From: Myxococcota bacterium
GTDB lineage: Bacteria > Myxococcota > JACRCW01
Reading direction: 5' to 3'
Assembly (NCBI GenBank): GCA_040752415.1
Contig: JBFMGU010000189.1
Location: forward strand, 1 to 20,831
Length of the DNA stretch: 20,831 bases
Shown: positions 1-8,275 of the stretch, one piece after another
How positions within the stretch are numbered: position 1 is the first letter of the stretch
Layout: every line of letters begins with the position of its first letter
The notes under the pieces: model-generated
Seen by the model: only the letters and a program-made list of their open reading frames with translations
Database searches by the model: none
Told to the model about the DNA's origin: nothing
Made by a program: the position numbers and the translations under genes

Positions 1-114
1 GGGGGAGCGCTGGGGGTGGTGGGGGCGGCGCTGGGCGTGGCGGTGGCCACCGGCGGCGTGCTGCTCCTGGCGGTCCGCGCGCTGCGCACCCCGTCCGCGC
101 CGGAGGAAGGGTGA
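1..114 (+). CDS. 3' end of an upstream membrane protein (partial, start outside window)
   Basis: Frame 1 reads GGALGVVGAALGVAVATGGVLLLAVRALRTPSAPEEG* (hydrophobic helix then basic residues). Its TGA (112-114) overlaps the ATG (114) of the next gene. Confidence 0.7.
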   Translation, partial: GGALGVVGAALGVAVATGGVLLLAVRALRTPSAPEEG

Positions 115-1562
115 TGCGCGCGCGGCCGACGGTGATGGTGCTGGCGCTCCTGGGCGCGCTCCTGGCGTGTCCACCCTGGCTCACGCTGGCCACCTGCTCC
201 GCCGACGCGGATTGCGACACCGGCTACTGCGGCCCCGACGGGTTGTGCGTGGCGGGCACTCCGCCGTCACCGGGCGCGCTTCCGTGCGGGGAGTGCCTGA
301 CCGAACCCCACGCCGTCACCGTGCTGGCCGCCAGCAGCGCGCCACTGCTCCCCGCGCATTCCGCCGACGCGCTGGTTCCCGGCGTGGTGGTCCTGGACGA
401 GGATGGCCGCGTGTGGGTGGTGGCGCCCGACGGGGGCGTGGTGCTGCAGCACCAGTGGGACGCGGGCAACGCCGCGGCGTTTGCCGCCCTGCCGGGCTCC
501 GGCGCGCGACCGCCGATGTGGGTGGTGCGGCAGGAGGATGACCCGCAGGCGCGCTTCTACGCGTTGGACGGGGGCGTGCTGGAGGAGTCCCTGCCCGCGG
601 TGGCCTCCGCGCCCGCGCAGCAGCCCCCGGTCACCCTCTCCCACGACGACGCCGGCCTGGTGGCCATCCCGGATCGCACCGGCCAGGTGACGGTGACGGC
701 GGCGGGCCTGCCGCAGCGTCCGGTCACCACGTTGCTCAACGGCGTGGGCGGTCCGCTCTTCGTCTCCGCGTGCCCGGAGCTGGGGCTGCTGGTGGCGGAC
801 AGCGCCGCGGGCCTCAGCGTGATGCGCTACGCGTGGGACCCCGTGCAGCTCTCTCCCTCCTTGACGCCGGTGCTGCCCACCGTGGCGGAGGACGGGATCA
901 CGCCGGTGACGCCGCCGGTGATCGTGGTGGAGGCGCCGGGGCGCGTGGCGGTCTACGGGTTCCGCAACCTGCCGGGCGCGCGCGTCACCCGCCTCACCGT
1001 GGAGCTGGGCGAGGAGGACGAGGAGGAACCGGCCCGCCTGCTGGAGCCGCCGCACCGCTTCACCTCCGACGAGCCCTTGAGCGGTCCGCCGGTGGTGGTG
1101 CGGGAGGGCGGGGAGGCGCGCGTGGCGCTGCCCAGTGCGTGGGGCTCGTTGCGCGTGGTGCGTCGCGAGTCCGACGGGCAGCTCTCCGCCACGCGCTGGC
1201 GCATCCCTTCCCCCGACGGAGGCGCGCCGCTGCTGGGCGCGGTGAGCCTGCACCTCAACCCGCAGGATCCCTCCGACACCGTGGTGGTGGGCGACCTGGC
1301 CGGCTGGGTGATGGCGGTGCGCTCCGACGGGCCGGTGGCGGTGGACGCGGGCTGGCCCTTCCGTCTTCCCGGCGCGGTGGAGGTCCCGCCCGTGGTGCGC
1401 GCGCACGGGGAGCGCCTGATGTTGAACCTCGTCACGCGGGGCGACGGAGGTGTGCTGGTGCATAGTCGGCTGGTGGGTCGCACTTCCGCGGGCGCGGCAC
1501 CGGTCTGGCCCGAGTACCAGCATGACGACGGGAACTCCGGCTGCATCCACCTGGCGCCGTGA
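114..1562 (+). CDS. Secreted/membrane-anchored protein with Cys-rich N-terminus and beta-propeller-like (FG-GAP/PQQ-like) body
   Basis: Hydrophobic N-terminal leader; CSADADCDTGYCGPDGLC module; beta-rich repeats; AGWPF and terminal WPEYQHDDGNSG motifs typical of such propeller proteins; high-GC3 codon usage; TGATG coupling to the upstream gene. Confidence 0.7.
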   Translation: MRARPTVMVLALLGALLACPPWLTLATCSADADCDTGYCGPDGLCVAGTPPSPGALPCGECLTEPHAVTVLAASSAPLLPAHSADALVPGVVVLDEDGRVWVVAPDGGVVLQHQWDAGNAAAFAALPGSGARPPMWVVRQEDDPQARFYALDGGVLEESLPAVASAPAQQPPVTLSHDDAGLVAIPDRTGQVTVTAAGLPQRPVTTLLNGVGGPLFVSACPELGLLVADSAAGLSVMRYAWDPVQLSPSLTPVLPTVAEDGITPVTPPVIVVEAPGRVAVYGFRNLPGARVTRLTVELGEEDEEEPARLLEPPHRFTSDEPLSGPPVVVREGGEARVALPSAWGSLRVVRRESDGQLSATRWRIPSPDGGAPLLGAVSLHLNPQDPSDTVVVGDLAGWVMAVRSDGPVAVDAGWPFRLPGAVEVPPVVRAHGERLMLNLVTRGDGGVLVHSRLVGRTSAGAAPVWPEYQHDDGNSGCIHLAP

Positions 1563-1608
1563 CCGCCCTTGCTCGCGGGCAACCCGGCTGCGTGATACCG
1601 CCGTCACC

Positions 1609-3474
1609 ATGTCCCCCGAGACGCCGCGACTGCTCGCCCGCCTGGCCCGGCTGCGCCATCCCACGCGCCTGGGGCCGCTGCGTCGGCTGCGTCACCGCCT
1701 GCGGCGGATCCTCAATCCCTCCGACGTGGTGCTGATCCACGACACCTCCTACGTGCGCACCATTCCCGGCGTGCCCATGGACCCCGCGCGCGGCCAGAAC
1801 GTGCTCGCGTTCCTGCGCAGTGAGCGGCTCATCCCGGCGCGCCACGTGCTGCCCGCGCGACCAGCCACCATGGCGCAGCTGCTGCGCGTGCACCGCGACA
1901 CCTGGCTGGAGCGCCTGCAGGTGGACCCCACCGCGCTGGTGGATGTGTTGGGCTTCCAGCCCGGCGCGGTGGAGGTGGAGGGCATCAAGGAGGTGCAGCG
2001 TCGCATGACCGGCGGCACGGTGACGGCGTTGCAGCAGGTGGCGTTCCTCCGTCGGACGGCGGTGCACCTGGGCGGCGGGCTGCACCATGCCACCGCGGAG
2101 CGGGGCGCGGGTTTCTGCGTGTTCAACGACGTGGCGGTGGGCATCGCCCAGCTGCGGGCCAGCGGGTACTCCGGGCGCGTCATGGTCATCGACTGCGACC
2201 TCCACGACGGAGAGGGCACCCGCGTCATCTTCGCGCGGGACCCCACGGTGCACACGTTTTCCGTGCACAACACCACGCGCGACCTCTCACCCGCGGTGGA
2301 GGCCACCGTGCTGGAGCTGGGGGCGGGCGTGGACGACCGCGCCTACCTGCAGGTGCTGCGGGAGCGGCTGCCGTCGTTGCTGCGTCGCTTCCGGCCGGCG
2401 CTGTGCGTCTACCTGGCCGGCACCGACCCGGCCCACGACGACGCCATTGGCAACTGGAAGATCACCGCGGCGGGCATGCTGGAGCGCGACCTGTTCGTGC
2501 TGGAGCAGGTGCGGGAGGTGGGGGCGCGGCTGGCGGTGGTGCTGGGGGGTGGCTACGGGCCGCAGGCGTGGCGCTACACCGCGCGGTTCCTGACCCAGCT
2601 CCTCGGCGGAGAGCCGGTGGAGCCGCCGCCCAGCGACGAGATGACGCTGCTGCGCTTCCGGCACGTCGCCGCCACGCTGACGCACGACGAGCTCTCCCGT
2701 CGGCTGGGGGAGGATGACTGGGGGATCACCGAGGAGGACATCTTCGGGGCGTGGGGCCACGCGCGCCGGAACCGCTTCCTGGACTTCTACACGCAGGACG
2801 GATTGGAGCTGGCCTTGGAGCGCTACGGCTTCATGGACCGCCTGCGCGCGCTGGGTTTCCGGGAGCCCACGTTGCGGCTGGATCTCGACGGGGAGGTGGG
2901 CCACACGCTGCGCATCTACAGCGGTCCCGACGAGCGCGAGCTGCTCGTGGAGCTGCGGGTGCAACGCGACAAACACACCGTGCCGGGCATGGAGCTGCTG
3001 GCGGTGGAGTGGCTGCTGCTGCAGAACCCACGACGGGGGCTGGGCGGGGGGGCGCCGCTGCCGGGCCAGAAGCATCCCGGGTTGGGGCTGAGCCAGGAGG
3101 TGGTGGGGCTGCTGCTCATGGCGTGCGAGCGGCTGGGGCTGGATGGCATCCTCTACACGCCGGCGCACTACCACGTGGCCGCGCTGTCCCGACGCTACCT
3201 GCGCTACCTGCACCCGTCCGACGAGGCGCGCTTTCGCGCGGTGGAGCGGGCGGGCCGCGGGATGAAGCTGGCGGAGGTGAGCTGGGCGCTCAACCAGGGC
3301 GCGGTGGTGGACGAACGGACCGGTCACCCCGTGCGCATGATCTCCGAGCCCATGGTGCTCCCACTGTCCGACCGCCTGCGCCACCAGGTCACCAGCGCGG
3401 CGTACGAGGACGAGGTGGAGCGGCTGGAGCGGGAGCTGCATTTCTCACTGCGCAACGCGCAGCCCGCGTCCTGA
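1609..3474 (+). CDS. Zn-dependent histone deacetylase family (AcuC/APAH-like) protein with ~250 aa C-terminal extra domain
   Basis: Motifs GGGLHHA, GFCVFND, DCDLHDGEG, AGTDPAHDD and GGGY appear in the expected order. Start placed at ATG 1609 because the ORF-track start at 1450 overlaps the previous gene. Confidence 0.9.
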   Translation: MSPETPRLLARLARLRHPTRLGPLRRLRHRLRRILNPSDVVLIHDTSYVRTIPGVPMDPARGQNVLAFLRSERLIPARHVLPARPATMAQLLRVHRDTWLERLQVDPTALVDVLGFQPGAVEVEGIKEVQRRMTGGTVTALQQVAFLRRTAVHLGGGLHHATAERGAGFCVFNDVAVGIAQLRASGYSGRVMVIDCDLHDGEGTRVIFARDPTVHTFSVHNTTRDLSPAVEATVLELGAGVDDRAYLQVLRERLPSLLRRFRPALCVYLAGTDPAHDDAIGNWKITAAGMLERDLFVLEQVREVGARLAVVLGGGYGPQAWRYTARFLTQLLGGEPVEPPPSDEMTLLRFRHVAATLTHDELSRRLGEDDWGITEEDIFGAWGHARRNRFLDFYTQDGLELALERYGFMDRLRALGFREPTLRLDLDGEVGHTLRIYSGPDERELLVELRVQRDKHTVPGMELLAVEWLLLQNPRRGLGGGAPLPGQKHPGLGLSQEVVGLLLMACERLGLDGILYTPAHYHVAALSRRYLRYLHPSDEARFRAVERAGRGMKLAEVSWALNQGAVVDERTGHPVRMISEPMVLPLSDRLRHQVTSAAYEDEVERLERELHFSLRNAQPAS

Positions 3475-3504
3475 GGGGCAGGTCCTCGCGCGTCTGTGTG
3501 GTCC

Positions 3505-3839
3505 GAGGGAAAGCGGTGCTTCACACCGCAGTCCGAGAGGTGCGGGCCGCTGGTGCACGTTTTGGACATTCCCGCACCGGGTTGTCGTCGGAAGTCGCCG
3601 CGGGCCAACTCGCGCGCCATCCGGAGGTCACCCGCTCTCGTACGGAGTTGTCGTCGGAAATCGCCGCGTGCCAACTTTGGGAGTGCGGCCAGGATTGCCG
3701 CTTTGGATTCGTCCCAGGGGTTCGCGCGAGGTCCCTCGCACCAGGTTGTCGTCGGAAATCGTGGCGTGCCGGCCAGGGGGAACCGTTGTCCGCGCGGGCC
3801 GGCACTTTCGGACTGCGGTATGAAGTACCGCTTTGCCTC
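3505..3839. repeat. Inverted repeat pair A/A' (3505-3536 with 3808-3839, weakly extending to ~3550/3794)
   Basis: gagggaaagcggtgcttcacaccgcagtccga versus the reverse complement of tcggactgcggtatgaagtaccgctttgcctc: 29/32 matches. Confidence 0.9.
3581..3770 (+). repeat. Three direct copies of a ~26-30 bp motif GTTGTCGTCGGAAATCGCCGCGTGCC(AACT) at 3581, 3647 and 3745, plus a fourth inverted copy at ~3884-3908
   Basis: Read directly: gttgtcgtcggaagtcgccgcgggccaact, gttgtcgtcggaaatcgccgcgtgccaact, gttgtcgtcggaaatcgtggcgtgcc. The ~10 bp 5' of each copy are also similar (cccgcaccgg / ctcgtacgga / ctcgcaccag). Confidence 0.9.
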
Positions 3840-3908
3840 CCGGCGGTTCTGAACCAAAGCGGCAATCCTGGCCGCACTCCCAAAGTTGGCACGCGGCGGT
3901 TTCCGACG
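3652..3908. repeat. Inverted repeat pair B/B' (3652-3706 with 3854-3908)
   Basis: 55 bp arms with a single mismatch (T3661 opposite G3899). B' ends directly against the stop codon of the convergent gene. Confidence 0.95.
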
Positions 3909-4397
3909 TCACCCCGACGACGACGACGAGGTGGTGCCCCGCAGGATGGGCGGCGGCGGCTCCACCGGCGGGCGCGGTCCGGGCGTGCGCGTGTCCCCGG
4001 AGCTGGGCGGCTCCCCCACGGCGCGACGCAGCAGCGTGGTGGCGCTCTGGCCCACGTCGGAGGGATGGACCTTCAACGTCACCATCAGTCCCACCGCCTC
4101 CACCGCCTGCAGCACCATGGCCAGCGCCACCGCGGCGGTCATCACCACCGTGGGCGCGTGACGACGGGTGAAGCGCCAGGTCAACGCCGCACCCAACACC
4201 AGGTTCCCCACCACCGCGGCCGCGGTCAGCCCCCACGCCACGCCGTGCGCCCCACCCCAGCGCTTGTCCGCCGTCGCCACGAAGACGCCCGCGGTGATGA
4301 GCGAGGTGACCATGAACACCGCGCTCACCGGCACCAGCACGGCCACGCCCAGGCGGAACCGGGGCGCCGCCGCGTCGGGTGGTGCGCCGCCGGTCAT
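3909..4397 (-). CDS. Small membrane protein (about three TM helices, Pro/Ser-rich tail)
   Basis: ATG at 4397 overlaps the TGA of the upstream gene (ATGA); three hydrophobic segments. Confidence 0.7.
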   Translation of the reverse strand: MTGGAPPDAAAPRFRLGVAVLVPVSAVFMVTSLITAGVFVATADKRWGGAHGVAWGLTAAAVVGNLVLGAALTWRFTRRHAPTVVMTAAVALAMVLQAVEAVGLMVTLKVHPSDVGQSATTLLRRAVGEPPSSGDTRTPGPRPPVEPPPPILRGTTSSSSSG

Positions 4398-5794
4398 GGC
4401 TTGGACGCGGGAGCGGCCGGTTGCGCGGGTTGCGCAGGCGCCGCGGCGGGGGCGGGGTTGCGGGCGGCCGGCGGGTCGTCGCTGAGGACGGCGCGGTGCT
4501 CGGTGAGCATGAGCAGGATGCTTGCCACCACGCCAATGGTGGCCAGGGTCAGCGGACCGCCGACGTAGAGCGGGACCCCGGTGAGCGTGGTGGCCAGGTG
4601 CACGTTGTCCCAGGTCTCCCGCGACACCGCCACCGTGGGCCCCCACGCCGACCTGGGCACCACGTTGATGACGGCCAGCGCCACGTAGGAGAACGGCATG
4701 GCGGCCAGCACGCCCACCAGTGGCGAGACCAGCGTGGCCACCACGCCAAAGGCCGCAATGTAGGGAGCCAGCCGTCGACCCAGCCCCGGCCGCTCCGCGC
4801 CCCGGATGCGCTCTTCATCCCGGCAACACCCCGACTTGCTCACCCGGATGCGGCCCAGGTCCGCGTTGTCCACCAGCGTCACGACGAGCGAGAACGCCAG
4901 CCAACCCACCACGCCCACCGCCATGGGAATCAGCGCCAGGTAGGGAACCAGCGGGAAGATGACGGGGTAGTTGTACGTGCCGTCCGGGTTCACGTTCTTG
5001 TCCTCGAGGAGCTTGGTGGCCGCCGGCGCGAACAGGTAGAACTCCGCGGAGCTGGTGAACGTGGACAGCACGGTCATCACCGTCATTCCCGCCATCACCG
5101 TCAACCCCGCCATGAGGATGCCCAGCCCCTGCAGCACGGCGTGGACCTCGCTCTCCGCGTTCTGGTCGATGATCACCTGCGTCCACACCTCGGTGAGGTC
5201 CGGGTCCTTGGTGGTGGCCAGGCGCTGCTTGAGCGCTTCCATGCCGGCGGCGTCGGTGCCCAGGCGCTCCTGCAGGCGCGGGTCATCCACCGCCACGCGA
5301 CCGCCGCTGGCCAGCGTGCGCGCCAGTTGATCCAGCGACGCGAGCAGGTTGTCCAGGCCACGGGCCTTGATGCTGCCGCGGCGCAGGCTCTTGGCGCTGC
5401 GTCGGTCCAGGATGGACGCCTGCATGTTCCACATGCCGCCGCTGGCATCCATGGTGCTCACCACCACGAGCTCGGCGCCCAGCGCGTCGGCCACCTCGGC
5501 CACGCAGGACTCCGCGTCGCAGCCCATGAGCTGGTCCTGCGCGGCCTTGCCCACAATGCCCACGATCTCCTGGCGGCTCAGCACGTGGAACGCGGCGTGA
5601 CGGGAGAGCGCGTCGGTGAAGGCGCGTTCCACGCCGGCGGCGGCGTTCACCACGTCGGGCGAGGCGCTGGCGGGAGTGCGGAGCGGCAACACCACCGCGC
5701 GCGTGGCCTTCTGTTCCGCGGGAGCGCCCGCCGCCTCCTGGGCCAGCAGGGACGCCGGTGCCAACCACGCCAGCAGCAACAGGGACGTCTTCAC
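4394..5794 (-). CDS. Membrane protein: signal peptide, TolB-N/CsgG-like alpha/beta domain, multi-TM C-terminus (paralog 2)
   Basis: Signal peptide MKTSLLLLAWLAPASLLA; GCDAESCVAEVADALGAELVV motif; several TM helices; GCCR motif; GTGA overlap with the upstream paralog. Confidence 0.8.
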   Translation of the reverse strand: MKTSLLLLAWLAPASLLAQEAAGAPAEQKATRAVVLPLRTPASASPDVVNAAAGVERAFTDALSRHAAFHVLSRQEIVGIVGKAAQDQLMGCDAESCVAEVADALGAELVVVSTMDASGGMWNMQASILDRRSAKSLRRGSIKARGLDNLLASLDQLARTLASGGRVAVDDPRLQERLGTDAAGMEALKQRLATTKDPDLTEVWTQVIIDQNAESEVHAVLQGLGILMAGLTVMAGMTVMTVLSTFTSSAEFYLFAPAATKLLEDKNVNPDGTYNYPVIFPLVPYLALIPMAVGVVGWLAFSLVVTLVDNADLGRIRVSKSGCCRDEERIRGAERPGLGRRLAPYIAAFGVVATLVSPLVGVLAAMPFSYVALAVINVVPRSAWGPTVAVSRETWDNVHLATTLTGVPLYVGGPLTLATIGVVASILLMLTEHRAVLSDDPPAARNPAPAAAPAQPAQPAAPASKP

Positions 5795-7122
5795 TTGGCA
5801 CCTCCGGTTGCCTTGGCCTCGGTGGCGTCGACCTCATCCACGGTGGCGGGTGACGGCCAGAACAAGAGCGCCAGGCCCACCGGCACGCCTACCAGCAGCG
5901 GCCATCCCGCCGAGCAGAACGCACCCATGAAGCCCCAGGTGTAGGCCAGCAGCGCCGGGTAGTAGCCGGGGTCGGTGAAGTCATAGGGGGTGCCCGGGTC
6001 CGTGACGCCAATGCCCAGCCGCGGCAGCAGCGCGTACGCCGTGCCCCAGATGGAGAGGGTGAAGAAGATGGAGGCAATGGAGAGCGGTCCGCTGAGGAGC
6101 ACCAGCAACGCGGAGGCGCGCTGCGGTCCGTTCTCGTTCTCCGCGTCGGTGATCTCCGCGTCCTCGCGGCAGCACCCGTCGGAGCGGACCTGCACGTGGC
6201 CCATGTTGAGGGCGTCCACCAGCGTCAGCGCCACCCCGGCCAGGCCGAAGGTGAAGGCGAAGGGCAGGGTCATCAGCGTGGCGGTGCCGGCCAGCAAGGT
6301 GAGCGGGAAGTTCCGCAGGTTGGTGAAGGCGATGATGCTGCCCAGCGAGAAGAGCACCGCCACGTTGACGGTGATGGCCGCGGCGCCGAACAACAACGCC
6401 TCCGTCACGGCGAGCGCGCGGCTCTCCCGGTTGGTGTCGATGAGGAACTGGGTGAGTGCCTCGGTGCTGGTGAGCTCGCCGTGCTGCTCGCGGAACTGCT
6501 TGAAGGCGGCCAGGTCGTCGGCGGAGGAGAAACCCAGGCGCTTCTGCGCCGCGGCGCCCTCCATCTGCGTGGTCTTCTGTTTGCCGCTCAGCGCCGCGGC
6601 CACCTCGTCCACCTGCGCCAGCAATGCCTGCATGCCGCGCCCCTGCACGCTGGCCCGACGCACCGCGGTCCCGTCGCGCTGGTCCACCAGCGTGGAGCTC
6701 CACAACAGGTTCTGGCCCAGCGGCGCAATCTCCCCGGTGACGACGTAACGCGCCCCCAACGCGCCGGCGATCTCCGCGAGACACGCCTCATCCGTGCAGC
6801 CCACCTGCTGCCGCTCCGCCTCGTTCTTGAGCAGCTCCGCCACCTCGTCGGCGCTGATCACGCGGTAGCCGCCAATCTCATCCAGCTTGGCGGTGAGGAC
6901 GTTGGTGAGCAGCGTGCTGCCTTCCCGCGCGCGCACGTCCTCCACGCGCACGCTGACGGGCATGACCGCCATGCCTTCCGTGCTGGCGGTGGTTCCTCCC
7001 AGGGCCTCGGCGGCGGGGACCGAGGTGCCGCCGGTGGGCGGGGAGGCGGGAGGCGTGTCGGCGTGCGCCAGCAGCGGAGCGCCAACCAGCAGCACGACGG
7101 GAATGCCGAGGGAGAAGCGCAT
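5791..7122 (-). CDS. Membrane protein: signal peptide, TolB-N/CsgG-like alpha/beta domain, multi-TM C-terminus (paralog 1)
   Basis: Start MRFSLGIPVVLL with AGAGGAA upstream; GCTDEACLAEIAGALGARYVVTG motif; TM helices; GCCR motif; aligns by eye to 4394-5794 along most of its length. Confidence 0.8.
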   Translation of the reverse strand: MRFSLGIPVVLLVGAPLLAHADTPPASPPTGGTSVPAAEALGGTTASTEGMAVMPVSVRVEDVRAREGSTLLTNVLTAKLDEIGGYRVISADEVAELLKNEAERQQVGCTDEACLAEIAGALGARYVVTGEIAPLGQNLLWSSTLVDQRDGTAVRRASVQGRGMQALLAQVDEVAAALSGKQKTTQMEGAAAQKRLGFSSADDLAAFKQFREQHGELTSTEALTQFLIDTNRESRALAVTEALLFGAAAITVNVAVLFSLGSIIAFTNLRNFPLTLLAGTATLMTLPFAFTFGLAGVALTLVDALNMGHVQVRSDGCCREDAEITDAENENGPQRASALLVLLSGPLSIASIFFTLSIWGTAYALLPRLGIGVTDPGTPYDFTDPGYYPALLAYTWGFMGAFCSAGWPLLVGVPVGLALLFWPSPATVDEVDATEAKATGGAK

Positions 7123-7217
7123 GGTGTTCCTCTGTGGAAGCCTGGCGTAGCCCCACCTTGCCCGTGCACGCAACGGTTCGCGTGGCCCACCGCGCCAAAC
7201 GCGACGCGAGGTGAGAC

Positions 7218-8003
7218 TCAGCGGCCGTTCAGGGACCAGTCGAACTCCAGGAACTCCACCTTCAGCGTGGGGGCGAGCGTGCGCAGCTTCTCGTAGTCGT
7301 CGTGGCGGAGGTACTGCGCCAGGTAGCCGCCCAGGCTGCGCGCCTGCTTCTCGAAGTCCGCGCGGAACCACTTGAAGACGGGGGAGAGCTTCATGCGCCC
7401 CGCCGCCAGGTCCACCACGTTGTGCTCCGGGTCATTGATGAAGCGGTCCGCGGCGTCCTCCAGTTGGCTGTGCAACGCATCCGCGCTGTAGGCGGTGTGA
7501 CGCAGCTTGGGGGAACCGCGCGCCGCCGTCACCAGCGCAAAGTGCACGCGTGGATCATGGAAGCGCTCCCGCAGGATGCGGTGCTGGATGTCCTCGAGCG
7601 AGAGGGCGGAGCCACCCAGCACCTGCAGCGGGATGAACTCCCGGTCCAAGGCGCTGCCGGGCAGCAGCCCAATGGCGCGGATGCCCTCCACCGGGTGATT
7701 CTCGACGATGAGCTTCACCGCGTACGCGTTGTAGGCATTGATCCAGAAGGCCAGCTGCTGCGCCTCACTCCAGCCCGCGTACTGCGCCGCCGTCACCGAC
7801 TGCAGCGTGGCGAGGTAGCGGTCCAGCCCGGCGTGGTCCTCGCGCAGCGTGTTGTAGGAGACCATCCCGTCGTAGACCACGCCGCGCAGCGTCTCCGTCC
7901 ACGCGTTGTGCTGGTGATCAAACGCGCTGGGCGCGGCGCGCAGGTGCGGGGCAAGGACGGCCAGCAGACCGAGGGAGAGGAGGAACCGGCGGGAGGACAT
8001 CAT
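7218..8003 (-). CDS. DUF547 domain secreted protein
   Basis: Signal peptide; LAFWINAYNA, SLEDIQHRILR, DPRVHFAL, LSPVFKWFRADF and terminal DWSLN motifs. Confidence 0.9.
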   Translation of the reverse strand: MMSSRRFLLSLGLLAVLAPHLRAAPSAFDHQHNAWTETLRGVVYDGMVSYNTLREDHAGLDRYLATLQSVTAAQYAGWSEAQQLAFWINAYNAYAVKLIVENHPVEGIRAIGLLPGSALDREFIPLQVLGGSALSLEDIQHRILRERFHDPRVHFALVTAARGSPKLRHTAYSADALHSQLEDAADRFINDPEHNVVDLAAGRMKLSPVFKWFRADFEKQARSLGGYLAQYLRHDDYEKLRTLAPTLKVEFLEFDWSLNGR

Positions 8004-8275
8004 GCAGCGGTGGACATGTTAGCGGTCCCCGGCGCCGGGACTCAATGCCCACCACGCCGCGCCTGGGACGCCACCGTCAACGTGAATCCGGGATTGCCGG
8101 CGTGACCCGGCCCGGACCCGGTTTCCCGGAACGCGGCTGCGGGAACCCTTCCAGCTCGACCGAAGCGCCACGGCGGATCGCGCCGGGCGACGTGGTGACC
8201 AAGAGGCCGGTGGTTAGACTGGAGTGCTGGAGACGTGCGCCATCCTGCCGCGCGCTCCGCATCCCAGGAATGGCC

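Noticed and set aside
3581..3770. Bona fide CRISPR array
   Set aside because: Only three degenerate copies, irregular period (66 and 98 bp), similar flanks, one 'spacer' reused in an inverted repeat, no AT-rich leader and no cas genes in the window.
3324..3892. ORFs spanning the repeat region (3324-3857, 3496-3852, 3521-3892)
   Set aside because: The translations simply mirror the DNA repeats and lack coding codon bias.
3914..3930. (GAC)n microsatellite as a contingency locus
   Set aside because: Short in-frame triplet run encoding the poly-Ser tail; length changes would not shift the frame.
8004..8275. Riboswitch or ncRNA in the divergent intergenic region
   Set aside because: Only short GC-rich hairpins (e.g. 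~8024-8041) and a possible TAGACT -10 at 8215-8220; no recognisable RNA family motif.
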